The notes: generated by a model from the letters alone, not told the origin. A stretch of 63,962 nucleotides of DNA, filler included, from Sanchytrium tribonematis (GCA_018985235.1; 6 parts of 6 records of this genome joined end to end with filler, not necessarily neighbours in it); one strand, 5' to 3'; shown: positions 1-12,483, numbered from the whole stretch's first letter. Numbers and translations: made by a program.

Positions 1-2
1 CA

Positions 3-59
3 ACGATTCATGGAGATCTCGACCACAAAGCAACAACAATAGCGGGTGGTAATTGTTAG
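3..59 (+). CDS. 3' end of a gene truncated by the window start, ending ...TTIAGGNC* (possible prenylated/Rab-like C-terminus)
   Basis: Open frame to TAG 57-59 with terminal Cys, followed by AT-rich UTR-like sequence; only 18 codons visible. Confidence 0.25.
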   Translation, partial: TIHGDLDHKATTIAGGNC

Positions 60-435
60 TAAATATTGATTTATTATAAGAAAGATTAGGGTCACATCGT
101 CATAAACATATTACAAATTCTGACATAGTAATGTTATCAAAGACTGGTACTATTATTTTAATTATTCTTGCAAGTTCGCGGTTCTATAAAAAATGTTGGG
201 TCTTATTCCAGACCTCATTTTATCGCGAAATAGGCAATTGTAGTCAAACAAAGACTTACAGTTATCACAGTCTAACTTGATTTACTACTGATACCAAATT
301 CCTTAAAAAAAGCTCTTCCGCTCGTTTGTCCTTAACATTACCCCACGTTGTACAAATTGTCAGCTGATTAGATGATAGATTGTCTAAATTTTAGACAGAG
401 TCGTATATAAAGAAATCAGCCTCATTCTTAAGAAT

Positions 436-612
436 ATGAATACTCAAGATCATCCTATTTTAAAAAGATCTGATAGTAAAGTGTATGGTCAACCTGAAGG
501 TTCTGGATTAGGTGCTCATCATGAAGAGTTTAAGCCAACAAATCGATTAAGGAGATCAAATAGTATTGGAGAAGAAACCTGCGCTAAATTGTTTGGAACA
601 AATGATATTTAA
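436..612 (+). CDS. Small 58-aa protein with two basic-Ser motifs (LKRSDS, LRRSNS)
   Basis: ATG 436 to TAA 610-612; TATATAAA at 404-411; AATAAA shortly after the stop; below the ORF-track cutoff. Confidence 0.6.
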   Translation: MNTQDHPILKRSDSKVYGQPEGSGLGAHHEEFKPTNRLRRSNSIGEETCAKLFGTNDI

Positions 613-813
613 AATATATAATAAAACATTGCCTCAATTTATGAAACTATGAAACAAAAAGACAATTATTGTGATTGTCGTAAAAATTTAAATGAAGAGG
701 TGTGGCTGTTTGTAATGTAATCAAATTGTAAATTAATCATCAAGAAGTTATACTATTGATGCATCATATATTTGAAGACAAAATGGAATTGTAATTTAAA
801 GAAAGTTACAAAC

Positions 814-2610
814 ATGGAGGTCAATTCGTCTTTCGTCTTTGATGATGAACAGCCAGTTGTGGAGTATCCAAAGTCTGCTATTGAAACAATCTTAGAGCAA
901 AAAATCCAAATAAATGATGAAGTTGAATCAGATGATTCCAATAAAGAATCAGAAATGGAAATTGATTCTGCAAGTGAATTAAGCGAATCCGATGTAGAAT
1001 CAACTCATTCATTGTCTATTTTTGAACAAGCAGATCCAGTTGATGTAAATAACGCTCAATTTGATAAAATGAATCTAAGTAGACCCATTCTAACTGGTCT
1101 TTCAAAAATGCATGTTATAAATCCCACTCCTATTCAACAGCGAGCTATTCCATCATTGCTACAAGGTAAAGATATTTCGGCATGTGCCCAAACTGGATCA
1201 GGAAAGACTCTGGCATACCTGATTCCCATTTTTGAGAGATTGTTATTTAAACCTAGCAAACAGTCTAGAGTACTAATTTTGGTACCTACTCGTGAGTTAG
1301 CCAAACAGGTGCATGATGTCTGCATTCATTTCCCACATATCCAGTCTTGTTTATTGATTGGTGGAGTAAACATGCAGCAACAACAAACAGAATTAAAGCA
1401 ATCTCCTGATATTGTCATTGCGACTCCCGGTAGAATTTTGGATCATGCTTTTAATAGCAAAGGTTTTGATTTATCTACCATTGAAATATTGGTGCTAGAT
1501 GAAGCCGACCGAATGTTGTCTGAAGGATTCAAGAAGGAATTGGATGAGATAATCAAATTTACACCTAGGAATAGACAGACTATGCTATTTAGTGCTACAA
1601 TGACAGATGATGTGGACGAATTGGTCAGAGTTGGTTTAGATAAGCCTGTCAGAGTATTTGTGGATTCTCCCAAGCAAGCTGCTACTCATTTGACACAAGA
1701 ATTTGTTAGAATTAAAGCTGGAAAAGAATTTGAGAGACTTGGTGTTTTAATTAGTTTATGCAAGAGAATTTTCAAGACTAAGGTGATCATATTTTTTAAG
1801 TTGAAGCATGATGCCCATAAAATGATGGTCTTATTCCAATTGATGAAATTGAATGCATTAGAGTTACATGCTGGTATTAGTCAATCTCAAAGAACTATTA
1901 ATTTGGAAAGATTTAAAAATAATGAAGCAGACTACTTACTTTGCTCAGATTTGGCTGCTCGTGGAATTGACATTCCTGATGTACAGACTGTAATTAATTA
2001 CGACATGCCAAATAATCTAGAATCTTATTTGCATAGATGTGGTAGAACAGCCAGAAATAATAAGAAAGGTGTCAGTTGTAGTTTCATTTTGGAAAATGAT
2101 CGAAAAGTTTTGAAACTTATTGTTAAGCATTGCAAGTCAACTAGCGATCTAAAACAACGAACTGTCAATCAATCTTCTATAACGCAATACTTGGATGCAG
2201 CGAGATCCCTAGACGATCAAGTCTCCGAAGTTTTGAAAGAGGAAAAGGAAATGAAATTGCTGAATCAAGCAGAAATGGAATTAACTAGAACTGAAAATAT
2301 TGTAAAGCACAAAGATGAGATTATGAATAGACCGCGTAAGGAGTGGATAAATACCGAACGACGAACAATCACGGAAAAGAGCGACAAGAAATCTTTTTTG
2401 AAAAATAATCCATACGCAGGTATGTCAAGACAAAAACGGAGACGAAAACAACTTATGGAAGCATTCAATGCACACAAAAGTGATCCTGAGGTCGGGGACA
2501 AGTTGAAAAAAGCAAGGCACGCGCCAAGAATTGCAAAGAAGAATATTAAACAAGGAAAACCATTTAAAACTCCTTCGAAGAAAAAGAAAAAGAAGTCTTA
2601 CGATTTATAA
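814..2610 (+). CDS. DRS1: DEAD-box RNA helicase Drs1/DDX27 (60S biogenesis)
   Basis: Q motif PTPIQ, AQTGSGKT, PTRELA, DEAD, SAT, HRCGRTAR; C-terminal HKDEIMNRPRKEW typical of Drs1; first ATG at 814. Confidence 0.9.
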   Translation: MEVNSSFVFDDEQPVVEYPKSAIETILEQKIQINDEVESDDSNKESEMEIDSASELSESDVESTHSLSIFEQADPVDVNNAQFDKMNLSRPILTGLSKMHVINPTPIQQRAIPSLLQGKDISACAQTGSGKTLAYLIPIFERLLFKPSKQSRVLILVPTRELAKQVHDVCIHFPHIQSCLLIGGVNMQQQQTELKQSPDIVIATPGRILDHAFNSKGFDLSTIEILVLDEADRMLSEGFKKELDEIIKFTPRNRQTMLFSATMTDDVDELVRVGLDKPVRVFVDSPKQAATHLTQEFVRIKAGKEFERLGVLISLCKRIFKTKVIIFFKLKHDAHKMMVLFQLMKLNALELHAGISQSQRTINLERFKNNEADYLLCSDLAARGIDIPDVQTVINYDMPNNLESYLHRCGRTARNNKKGVSCSFILENDRKVLKLIVKHCKSTSDLKQRTVNQSSITQYLDAARSLDDQVSEVLKEEKEMKLLNQAEMELTRTENIVKHKDEIMNRPRKEWINTERRTITEKSDKKSFLKNNPYAGMSRQKRRRKQLMEAFNAHKSDPEVGDKLKKARHAPRIAKKNIKQGKPFKTPSKKKKKKSYDL

Positions 2611-2689
2611 ATAAATCTTTTATAATCTGCGGTGACAATATCATCAAATTTTATTAGTTTCTCATCAATAATACTTACAATTTTAATTA

Positions 2690-3619
2690 TTAGTTATTTA
2701 TTAGTGCTTCTAATTCTTTTAGCAAATTTTCTTGCTGATGGGCTAGTTCTTTCATTTCAGTGAATGTTTCTCTACAGGATTTACAATCACAAGAGGAAAT
2801 AAACTGTAATTCTTCAATGTTTTTCTTTAGATTGTCAATTCTAAAATGCAATTCCGATGACAAATTGATTCCTGAATCTATAGCTTTCGAATTTTTTAAG
2901 CTAAGGGTCTCTTCGCTTTTAGCAGCAGATAGGACCGGGGGTCTAACTATTGCTTTAGGCATGTAAACTTGAATTTTGCTCCATGACATGGTGTCAATCT
3001 CTTCATTATCACGAGAGTAAGAATTCTCGATTTTTCTAGCAAGTTCCTCGGCGTAGGATTCTCTGACTTTTCTTGATTTTCTTTCAAAAGACAAGCCTTT
3101 TACTTTCAAATCTTTCAATGTGTTATTAAACTCACTAACCTCCGCATTTTCCGCTACGTCGGTCTTGAATTTATAATTATAAATAAAATTAGGAATTTTT
3201 AGACTTTCATTTTCATCTTCGCTAGGCTTTTTGAAGGAAAAAAATTCAACAGTTGTAATATTTGTCAGAGCCCTTTTCCACATGGTAGCTTCTGAAGTTT
3301 GGATGTCTTCAGGGTCAATCTCAATTTGAATTACATGATGTTCAGTTGGATAATTTTCTTGCATTTTCAATGCACCACATCCATTTTCCTCAATTATTAC
3401 AGAGTGGCGCAATGACTCAAAGTTATCCACAACATTATCTTTCTCAATCTTAGTTTTATTCTCAACATGCATATCGTACCACTCATCAATTTTCTTTTGG
3501 TTGGAATAGAGAATGTCTTCTAGTTCATTTGGAGTCATGTCTTTCTTACTACATCTGACAATTAGTGTCTCTATAATTTCAAAAAACCATATTAGAATAT
3601 TTAGCAAAAAGTCGCACAT
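2690..3619 (-). CDS. Hypothetical protein, N-terminal hydrophobic segment and C-terminal coiled coil
   Basis: Long ORF, first ATG at 3619; no recognised family motif. Confidence 0.6.
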   Translation of the reverse strand: MCDFLLNILIWFFEIIETLIVRCSKKDMTPNELEDILYSNQKKIDEWYDMHVENKTKIEKDNVVDNFESLRHSVIIEENGCGALKMQENYPTEHHVIQIEIDPEDIQTSEATMWKRALTNITTVEFFSFKKPSEDENESLKIPNFIYNYKFKTDVAENAEVSEFNNTLKDLKVKGLSFERKSRKVRESYAEELARKIENSYSRDNEEIDTMSWSKIQVYMPKAIVRPPVLSAAKSEETLSLKNSKAIDSGINLSSELHFRIDNLKKNIEELQFISSCDCKSCRETFTEMKELAHQQENLLKELEALINN

Positions 3620-3845
3620 TTTTCTATGGCCTATTTTCTCAGAAAAAAATTCTGAGTAATTCAACGAAATTTCAATAATTTGCAATTTGAGTAAAACTTA
3701 TTTTGAGCGATAAGATTTCAAAATCTGATAATTAGTTAATCGTCGCTTGACATGGTTCTATTCGATACAGAATATTTCAACGATAATCAGGTTACAAAAT
3801 TCGATAGGTTTCAAATCACTCCAAAAGAAAGAGGTTCAAACGAGG

Positions 3846-5690
3846 ATGAAGTCAATCGAGCATTTGAAGCTTTTCATCCAAAAGGATCCTGATCTTTACA
3901 TTGATGAATTTAAAAGTCACATTGAATATGTCACAAATTTATTGTCTGTAGAACAGTATGAAGAATTATCACCATCAATTAATTTGATCCACCATTGTTT
4001 ATCTGGCATGATATTGCAAGTTGACTTTTCCATTCTTTTGAATGCTTTATTTCAAAATATAAATTCTTTTGATAGCTCATTGAAACTGTCAGCTGTACAA
4101 TTATTTGTAAAATATTCAAGAATTGCTCATCAGAAAAATCTGACCAAAAAGGAGCTTCCAGTAGAAATTGAGCAGACCAATCCAATATTGTGGTACTGGG
4201 AGTGGTCATTCAATCATCTTTTAAAGATTACTGATAAGTCACTGCGAAGATATCTTTTAAATGTTTTACTTAATGACATCACACTTCACAAAGGTCTTCA
4301 GAGTCAGTTTCTTGCAATTATGCAACCATACTTGGACACAACACAAATCGATGCAAAAGAGTTTTCGTCAGAAGGTTTGAATTCCGCTAAATATGGACTT
4401 CGTATTTTGATGCAAGGAATTCACAGCAAAATATTTACATCCAAATTAGCTTTTCATTTACTTACCTCCTGTGTATTTCATCCAGTCATATCAGTTGCTA
4501 TGAGTTCAACTCAATTTATTTTGAAGCCATCGAAATTTTTCGCTTCCACAATTCGCGATGACGAGGAAGAAGACGAAATGCAAAACAAAGAATTATTAAA
4601 GCAACAAACGAATGAACTCAAAAGACTGAACCATTTGGCCCATGTGAGCAAATCTGCAACTAAAAAGAGCGGACAAAGATTAAATGCAAGATTGAAAAAA
4701 TCAATTAAAAAACACCAAAAAATACTCGGGAAAGATGATGAGAATGACTACGTATCAGAATCCCACACTTTAATTAGACTTATTTCAAACACTTACGAAT
4801 TTTACGATAGAATATACAAACTTTGCATGGTCAGTTCAGGTGCAAGCCGCTTGACAACTGCCCATCGAGATTTAAAACTAAGATTGATAGCAAGATGTAT
4901 TTATGTCCACAAAATGTTTTGTCAACAATATTACACTCTTTTGCTAAAGTGGATGCATCCACATATGCCGAGTTGTCCAAATGCGTTGCATTGTCTTATG
5001 GAGTCTATTCATGATCAAGTTCCTGTTGAATGGATTAAGCCATGTATTAAAGCAATTGCTGATCGTTTCGTGGTCGAGTCTCAGGGAGATGATAGAATGA
5101 CGGTTGGATTGGGTGTTATTAAAAGCATTGCCGAAAGAAATACAAGGATTTTTGAACCGGAACATTTTGAAGACATGGAAAAAGATCAAAAAGACTTTAC
5201 CAGAGAACTTGCGGGACCAGACTTGCTTTCTGACTTGTGTATGTATTCTAAATATAAAACAAAGTCAGTTGTCTCGGCTAGTAGAACTCTCTTGAATTTT
5301 TATAGAGAATATGATCCTGAATTACTTCCTATTAAAATGAGAGGTAGACAAGAAGCCGAACATGAAGAAGAGGATGAAATTGAGGATGAAGAGGAAGATA
5401 TTGATGCTGAATCACAATCTGAGACTGAATCTGTTGATTTTTATGAGTATGATCCAGAAGTCGAGCAAGAAGATAATGTTGAGGCATCGTTTAAGGTAGG
5501 TGCTATCACCGCAGAAGAACAGGAAAATGCTAGAAAGAAGATTAAAGATAAAAATCCTCATTCACACACAAGGAAGAAGAAAGCAGAAGGTGCTAGTTTG
5601 TCAGAGTCACAGAAAAGGAAGCGTAAGAATACAATGATGATGCTTCATGGTGGCAAAATGAATGGAAAGAAAAAGAGAAAGTTTCAGTAA
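3846..5690 (+). CDS. SDA1: Sda1 ribosome biogenesis protein
   Basis: N-terminal IQKDPDLYIDEF, IADRFV...MTVGLGVI, YKTKSVVSASRTLLNFYREYDPELL, acidic tract and basic tail. Confidence 0.85.
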   Translation: MKSIEHLKLFIQKDPDLYIDEFKSHIEYVTNLLSVEQYEELSPSINLIHHCLSGMILQVDFSILLNALFQNINSFDSSLKLSAVQLFVKYSRIAHQKNLTKKELPVEIEQTNPILWYWEWSFNHLLKITDKSLRRYLLNVLLNDITLHKGLQSQFLAIMQPYLDTTQIDAKEFSSEGLNSAKYGLRILMQGIHSKIFTSKLAFHLLTSCVFHPVISVAMSSTQFILKPSKFFASTIRDDEEEDEMQNKELLKQQTNELKRLNHLAHVSKSATKKSGQRLNARLKKSIKKHQKILGKDDENDYVSESHTLIRLISNTYEFYDRIYKLCMVSSGASRLTTAHRDLKLRLIARCIYVHKMFCQQYYTLLLKWMHPHMPSCPNALHCLMESIHDQVPVEWIKPCIKAIADRFVVESQGDDRMTVGLGVIKSIAERNTRIFEPEHFEDMEKDQKDFTRELAGPDLLSDLCMYSKYKTKSVVSASRTLLNFYREYDPELLPIKMRGRQEAEHEEEDEIEDEEEDIDAESQSETESVDFYEYDPEVEQEDNVEASFKVGAITAEEQENARKKIKDKNPHSHTRKKKAEGASLSESQKRKRKNTMMMLHGGKMNGKKKRKFQ

Positions 5691-5876
5691 ATTCTTATAG
5701 AAATCTGAAACAAATGATAAACATTTTAGTAGTTTATTTCGTTTGTTCGGTATTTTTGCTATTGGCTTTCGGAAGAATTGCTATTTCGAACATCAAAAAG
5801 TCAAACAAAAAACCTTTAATCAATGAAAGCTATAGAAAAACCACCAAAGTCGAGTAATAAATACATAAATTGTTTA

Positions 5877-6725
5877 CTAAGCCATCTGCGAACCAGTTTT
5901 GACGATTGTTCTTTTTCTGCTCTGTAAATCTCTGGTCTTTGATATCTTTGAATTGAATTCCTTATGTTTCCAAACCATCCATTTGAATACACTTGGGACA
6001 GGATGCTGACCGATGTAGACTAGTAATGCGGCTACAACAGTAATAATTCTTACATATACACCTTTGGCACAAGCTGGTTCTTGCGAAAACAATGAAATAA
6101 GAAGTAAACAAATGGAAACTACAATATAAATAACAGCAGTAATCAAATAATACAATGCAGCAGATTTTAGAGCAATATCATCATTTTCCTTTGAGTCCAA
6201 AACCTGTACTGCAGGAAAATAGCAACAAAATCCCCAATATAATATTGATAATATATACAATATATACATTTCCGTGTAAAATGTCCTCTCCAATGGTATA
6301 AATGCCAAAACTAGCAGCGCGCATGATGAAAGAGCAATTAATATCCCCAAGATTGTCAAACCCACTCTTCTTTTGAATTTTCGACCTACGTCAAGTGTCA
6401 AAATATGCGCATAAGTGTAGTAAATAAAGAAATTGGCCCAAATAATCAATAGCACGTACAAATTCAAAGCCAAATGATAATCGAAATCATCTTTGACGCC
6501 TAAGAGTAACTGACTAGTTAAGGAAGCCAAGAATAGAATGACTTGCAATGCGATAAAAGTAGACCTTGTTTTGAACAATCTTCTTTCCTCTCTGTAAAAG
6601 TATTCAAAGATGCTAAAAACTTGCACTGTCAATGGCATTGTACTACACAACAAAAGCAAAGTATTGTCTGTTACATTACAAGCATACCAGTCATAATTTA
6701 AAATCAAGCCTTGAACTGAAGACAT
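5877..6725 (-). CDS. Orphan 7-transmembrane (GPCR-like) protein
   Basis: About seven hydrophobic segments, N-terminal NVT sequon, basic cytoplasmic tail. Confidence 0.6.
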   Translation of the reverse strand: MSSVQGLILNYDWYACNVTDNTLLLLCSTMPLTVQVFSIFEYFYREERRLFKTRSTFIALQVILFLASLTSQLLLGVKDDFDYHLALNLYVLLIIWANFFIYYTYAHILTLDVGRKFKRRVGLTILGILIALSSCALLVLAFIPLERTFYTEMYILYILSILYWGFCCYFPAVQVLDSKENDDIALKSAALYYLITAVIYIVVSICLLLISLFSQEPACAKGVYVRIITVVAALLVYIGQHPVPSVFKWMVWKHKEFNSKISKTRDLQSRKRTIVKTGSQMA

Positions 6726-7076
6726 TTTTGTTTTATATCGAAAATCAAACTTTTATTGTCTGTTTGAAGCCACAGTGTAAGGCAAGAAGTCGCTGCGAAA
6801 TTATCAATCAAATTCATGGCTTAAGTAGTGAGTATCATCAAAGGGCTCTCTAATACCTTTACTTGAACCAAAAATTCAATTAGTGGAATTGGCGAATCTA
6901 TTACAACAGGATTCAACACAAATTTTTGGAATTTCTTTCGTGGTTGTTAATGAGACATTATTTGTAATAAACCAAATCAATTCATATAATAATTTAGAAA
7001 CGTACCATTGTGATCGAAAGTTACAAAATTGCAATTGAAATGTATTTACCCTAGGTTTCATCAATTTTTACAAGAA

Positions 7077-9327
7077 ATGTCCAAAGTAAAATCCAATCAA
7101 AATACCATTGGATTTCTGCCTTCATCTTTACTCAATGAGCTTAGCGCAGATGATAAATCGATTGCTTTATCAAGTAGTGAATCTGAAATAAATAATCGCA
7201 AACGAACATTGATCAGTTCTGACGATGAAGAAGACGTTTCCAAATCTAGAAAAATAGATAACTTATATGAGTCAGAAGAAGACTCTGTGATACAAAGACG
7301 AAAATCTTTACAAAGCGATCTACTTTATCAAAATGATGGACTTCGAAATCAAAATCAGAAAAAAGTTATTTTTAGTGATAGTGAGGATGAGCTAAACGAA
7401 GTCGGTGATATTTTATCGGATATGCCAATTGACATAACTGATTTCGTGCATTCAGCGGGATTGGATACTGTACAAAGTTTAACACCCGAAATGCCAGACG
7501 AAAGTAAAATTGAGCTGGAACTTGTCAAAATGTTCAATGTTTTGCCAGAGCAAGAATTGTGTGATTTAGCTAACATTTCTTCAGTTCAATTTAGTAAAAT
7601 AAAGGAGACGAGGCCGTTTGATTCTTATGAGACGCTAGACAATAGTCTTAAAGAACTGAAAATGTCTAAAGCAATGCGATATTCTGAGCAAATGATTGTT
7701 TTACTTAACGACATGGATGATCTCTTGCGGAAAGTAGAATCGGTTAATTTAGAAACTAAACATGTTCCGAATATTGAATTCCCACTGGAAATTAAGACCT
7801 TTATAAAACCGTACCAAATTGAAGGCGCCTCTTGGATGTTTAATACTTATATCCAAGGTCTAGGTTGTATTTTAGGAGATGAAATGGGTCTCGGGAAATC
7901 TTTACAGACTATTTTGTTCCTTACTTTTTTGAAAGCTCACAAGGTTAAGCCAAATATTGTCATTGTGCCTTTAAGTACTTTGAAAAACTGGGAGCGAGAA
8001 CTCACTAGATGGAACCCGGATTTAAGCTATGCAATCTATCATGGAGGAATTGATGAACGTGCTATGTTTGATTTGGAGGTTTTTAAACAAGTCGATATTG
8101 TTCTAACTACTTATAACATGGCTTGTGGTAAATCAGAAGATCGAAAATTTCTTCGGAAATTGAAACCCAAAGCTGTAATTCTCGACGAAGGCCATCAAGT
8201 TAAAAATTGCGCAACCCTAAAATATAAACAACTTTTAGAAATACCTTGTCATTCCAAAATACTGCTGACAGGGACACCAATCAATAACAATTTGAAAGAA
8301 ATTATTTCTCTTTTGGCATTTATTGTGCCTTCAATTTTTGAGAATTATTTTCAATCACTTAATACCCTTTTACATTTACCAAACGAAAATGCGAGTGATT
8401 TAATTAAGAAAAGAGTTGATAGAGCATCATTACTTTTGAAACCGTTTCTATTAAGAAGATATAAAAAAGACTATATTATTGATTTACCAAAAAAGGAAAT
8501 ATTTAATACATTTCTTGATCTTAGCAAAAAACAAAGAGAACTTTATGATAATCACAATGTTGAATTTGATGACGTCAACTTTCAGGCTCAGACCCATGAC
8601 TTGAGAAAAATTTGTCTTCATCCTTTAATGATTTTAAACCAATTTAAACCCAGAATTAATGAAATATGCAAGACTTCTTTGCAACTAGGAGAATATCGCA
8701 AATTCAAACTCGATCAATTGAAAGACCACTTTGGTAGCATGTCCGATTTTGAACTAGATCAAAAATTTCACAATCTAAGTGTATTTAAGCCTTATAGACT
8801 GCCATTGTCCCTGTATTTGAAAAATTCCTGCAAATTTACTTACCTAAAAGAGAATTTACCAAAGTGGATAGCGCAAGGCGATAAAATGCTAATATTTTCT
8901 CAATATTTGTCGGCCCTAGATCTGCTACAAATCTTATTAGACCATCTCGACATCGTATTAATTTTTAATTTAGGGATTTGTGATGTTAGATGGCAGCACT
9001 AGTCATGAAGTCCGACAAGATCTCATTGATTCGTTTAATCAGGATGACAAAATTAAGGTGTTTCTCCTATCTACCAGGGCTGGCAGCTTGGGCATTAATT
9101 TGACTGCCGCTAATGTTGTCATCATTTTTGATCTAGACATCAATCCAAATATCGACCAACAAGCTGAAGACCGAGCCTGGAGAATGGGACAGTTGCGAAC
9201 GGTCCGAGTGTACAGATTAATTTGTAAAAATACAATAGAAGAAAATTTTATTTTGAAAAAGCGTGAACTTAAAAACGAAATGAGTAGGCAAGTAGAGGCC
9301 CATGTAGATAATAAACCTAATAATTAA
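7077..9327 (+). CDS. FUN30: SNF2-family chromatin remodeller Fun30/SMARCAD1 (2 exons, intron 8955-8973)
   Basis: GDEMGLGKS, DEGH, LTGTP, MSDFEL, then after splicing DI|GFVMLDGST, LLSTRAGSLGINL, QAEDRAWRMGQ. Confidence 0.85.
8955..8973 (+). other. 19-nt spliceosomal intron GTATTAATTTTTAATTTAG
   Basis: Removal fuses the two SNF2 ORFs in frame and restores the helicase-C motif. Confidence 0.9.
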
Positions 9328-9366
9328 TTTTTTTAAAGATCAAAAAGTCTGAAACTAGCAATCCAG

Positions 9367-10822
9367 ATGAACTTTATGGAATTTATTGAAAAAGGCGACT
9401 ATTCTAGCGCAAAAACCATTTTACAATTTAATAATGAAAAAGAAAGGTCATTTATTCGCGAATTGTGGATCGCATTCTGCCATTTCGAGCTAGGAAATTA
9501 TGAGGAGGCTTATCAAATATATAAGGAAATTTCATATTTGGATAGTTCAAAATATAATCAGTACATTCTTAAAGAAAATTTGAAATTATATGCCCTTATT
9601 TGCCAATTTTGGCTGCATAATTATTCCCAAATCAGACTTGAAATCGAGGAATTGCCAAAATCAGGACTCTTGAACCGATTCAAGCTACAATTTTATGAAA
9701 GAATTGGGGAAGATGTTCTTGTGGAAAAATATCATAATAGTTTACAAGAAACTCCTCTAGACAATTTGACTCTTGCAAGCATTCAGTATAAAAGAAATCA
9801 TTATCATGAATCTTTAAAAATATTTAAAAAGATGCATGCAGACGATCCAAACATGGATATTCTGCATCTTTATGGTGCTATGTGCAACTACAAATTAGAA
9901 TTTTATGATAGATGCATTTCCTTAACTGACTCTTACTTGAGTAAAAATCAGGAATCATTTATAGCATCAAACTTAAAAGCATGTTCATTTTATAGACTGT
10001 ATAGAATCAAAGATGCTCAAATAGAAATTAAACCACTACTGAATGTTTATCCAAACGGATTTAACAAGGTTTTGGCTCACAATATGGCACTTTTTACAAA
10101 TGATGATCAATGTTTGAAAATATGGAATGAATGTATACAAACCATTCCCGAAGCAGCCTGCAATATTGTTCTTCATCATTTGAAAAATGGTGAGATAAAG
10201 CATGCGAAAGAGGTTGCGGATAAAATTCACCCAGTCTATATCGAAGAGAGTGTTGTAAAAGCTGTCTGTTATGCTGAATATGGGCAAATGTTCAAAGATG
10301 AAAAGTTGATCCAGTCCGCAATCAACATGTTTGAGGGAATTGGATTGAGTGAAACTGAACAAAATACAATTTTAGGGCGGCAGTGTATGTCGAGCGCACT
10401 CTTTCTTCAAAAAAGTTACGAGGAAGCAGAGGTCTACTTGGATAGTATAAGTAACTATATGGTAAACAATGATGTATTTCATTTTAATATTGGTCAAATC
10501 AAAATGAGATCCTTAAAATTCGAAGAGGCTGCTAATCATTTTAATCAAATTAAGAACCTTGAAATTAAAGATTCGTGGTTGTATATATTTTGCCTCTGCA
10601 AATCTCGTAATTTGGTCTCATTTAGTTATTAATCTAAATCAAGCCGATCTTGTTTGGGAAATGTATTTAAAAATGGAAACTTCCAATATTTCTTTTAGCT
10701 TATTGGCCTTAATAGCCAATGAATCTTATAAATCTACGCAATATTTTTATTCTCTCAAGGCATTTGATATATTGTACAATGTAGATTCGCATCCAGATCA
10801 TTGGAATGGTAAAATAGGATCA
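9367..10822 (+). CDS. TTC26: IFT-B subunit IFT56/TTC26/DYF-13 (intron 10607-10625; 3'-truncated by contig end)
   Basis: TPR protein with WIAFCHFELGNYEEA, TILGRQCMSS, WEMYLKMETS, LIANESYK..FYSLKAFD. Confidence 0.9.
10607..10625 (+). other. 19-nt intron GTAATTTGGTCTCATTTAG
   Basis: Removal gives CKS|LINLNQADLVWEMYLKME, continuing TTC26. Confidence 0.9.
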
Positions 10823-10922
10823 NNNNNNNNNNNNNNNNNNNNNNNNNNNNNNNNNNNNNNNNNNNNTTAATTAATTAANNNNNNNNNNNNNNNNNNNNNN
10901 NNNNNNNNNNNNNNNNNNNNNN
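10823..10922. other. Artificial contig linker (N run with TTAATTAATTAA, stops in all six frames)
   Basis: The same 100-nt linker recurs five times. Confidence 0.98.
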
Positions 10923-11014
10923 GATCTTGTGGGTAAAGACAGTTTAATAGTTCCGTATCACGAGAAGCAGCCGCAGCAAGTGACTATGGAAAGGTCGTCA
11001 ATATTGAAATAAAT

Positions 11015-12483
11015 TCATTGAATAACTTTTCGAGAATAGAAAAGTAGATAAGCTTTTGTGTTAAGTACATCCTCAGTTGAGACACAATCGACCTTGTGGT
11101 CATCAAAATAAAACCAACGTTCGTTTGACTTTGCGTACATCGAATAATGACCTCTAAATAAATGACTATATACGAATCTAATTTTCCACGATGCATAACT
11201 ACCGAAAATAGCTCATAGTATGAATTAGCATCTTTGCTATACTTGCTCATATTTAGGTCTAAAGGAAATATAATTTGGTTGTCAATTTTATGCCTATTGT
11301 TGGTGGGATTACCAGTGCTCACCACCTCAAAACGTTTCAATTGGATGGCCAAGATATTTGGCAAAACCCCAAAATTCAGTCTTCGCTTTGCATCTTTATT
11401 TCCACCACAGTTGGAACAAGTAAATTGATGTAGTACTTCTTCTCCAAAAAAATGATCTAAGCACATTAACAAATTATATCTAGAAGTGCTCATTCTAATA
11501 TCAAGACTTATGTCTAAGACAGGGTCGGATCTTAAGCTTTTGCTATTGCAAGCCGTACAACGCACTACAGACTCTAAGGTCGCACCAAAAGCATAGTGTA
11601 CGATACATCTGCATCTTGCGCTTTTGGAATTAGGAGACAATGCATCATGCAAGGCATTCAGTAAATGCATAAAATACTCATGACTGTCTTGCTGAGAATG
11701 TCCTGCAAGATCTTTGAATAGGATCCAAGAATGGTACAAAAGATTTGTAGGACAGAGCGGGCTGAGAGCATGTGGATTCAAGTTTTCTTTAAACAGCTCA
11801 TCTAGATCGCAGGCAATACAGTAATCGTTTAAATGCGCAAGCTCTCCACCTTCTTCATTAGAGTAATCGAGTGAATGAAATTCGTGATTTCCTTTTAAAA
11901 AATAGTCTTGTATAATTGGGTTGTATATCAAAGTCTGTACAATCACGTTCAGATAACAGGTATTACCAAGATTTAAAATCCCTCTCATTCCTGTACACGC
12001 AGCTGGCTTGGAGTATTTGTCAATCAGAATTTTTTCATTTTCTACGTAACCTCTTGGGATAATAAACCTTATTTCTGCGTTTTCAGGCAATTCATTTTTC
12101 AGCAAAAGAGTTTCGTAATATCTAAGCAAATAATATACTTCGTCATCATAAATATAGTCCTTGCAAATTGAGCAATACAACTCCATGTGATCAATCGAGA
12201 TGTAAATATTGGTTCCGTTCAACGCTGTTGCCATTTGGATGCAGCGTATACAAAAGTAATTTGGTTCAGCTAGATTAATATGAATTTTTGTAAATGACTT
12301 GCAATTTGGACATCGTGCGGGTTTCACTGCTTTGGAATTTTTGATTGTATTTTGATAAACTAGCTTTATATGTTCAGCGTAGTACAATGCTGCATTGACT
12401 TCATGCCAGCTAGAATTTTTAAGATATTCTAAATGCTCGCAGGCCGATCTTTTAAAGGGTCTAGTCAGATACGTAGAAGACAT
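11015..12483 (-). CDS. UBP8: SAGA deubiquitinase Ubp8/USP22 (intron 11154-11173)
   Basis: ZnF-UBP-like N-terminus (LYCSICKDYIYD), GILNLGNTCYLN, QQDSHEY; spliced His box HRGKLDS|GHYSMY...WFYFDD; stop at 11015-11017. Confidence 0.85.
11154..11173 (-). other. 20-nt intron GTATATAGTCATTTATTTAG
   Basis: Removal restores the catalytic GHY His box and WFYFDD. Confidence 0.9.
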
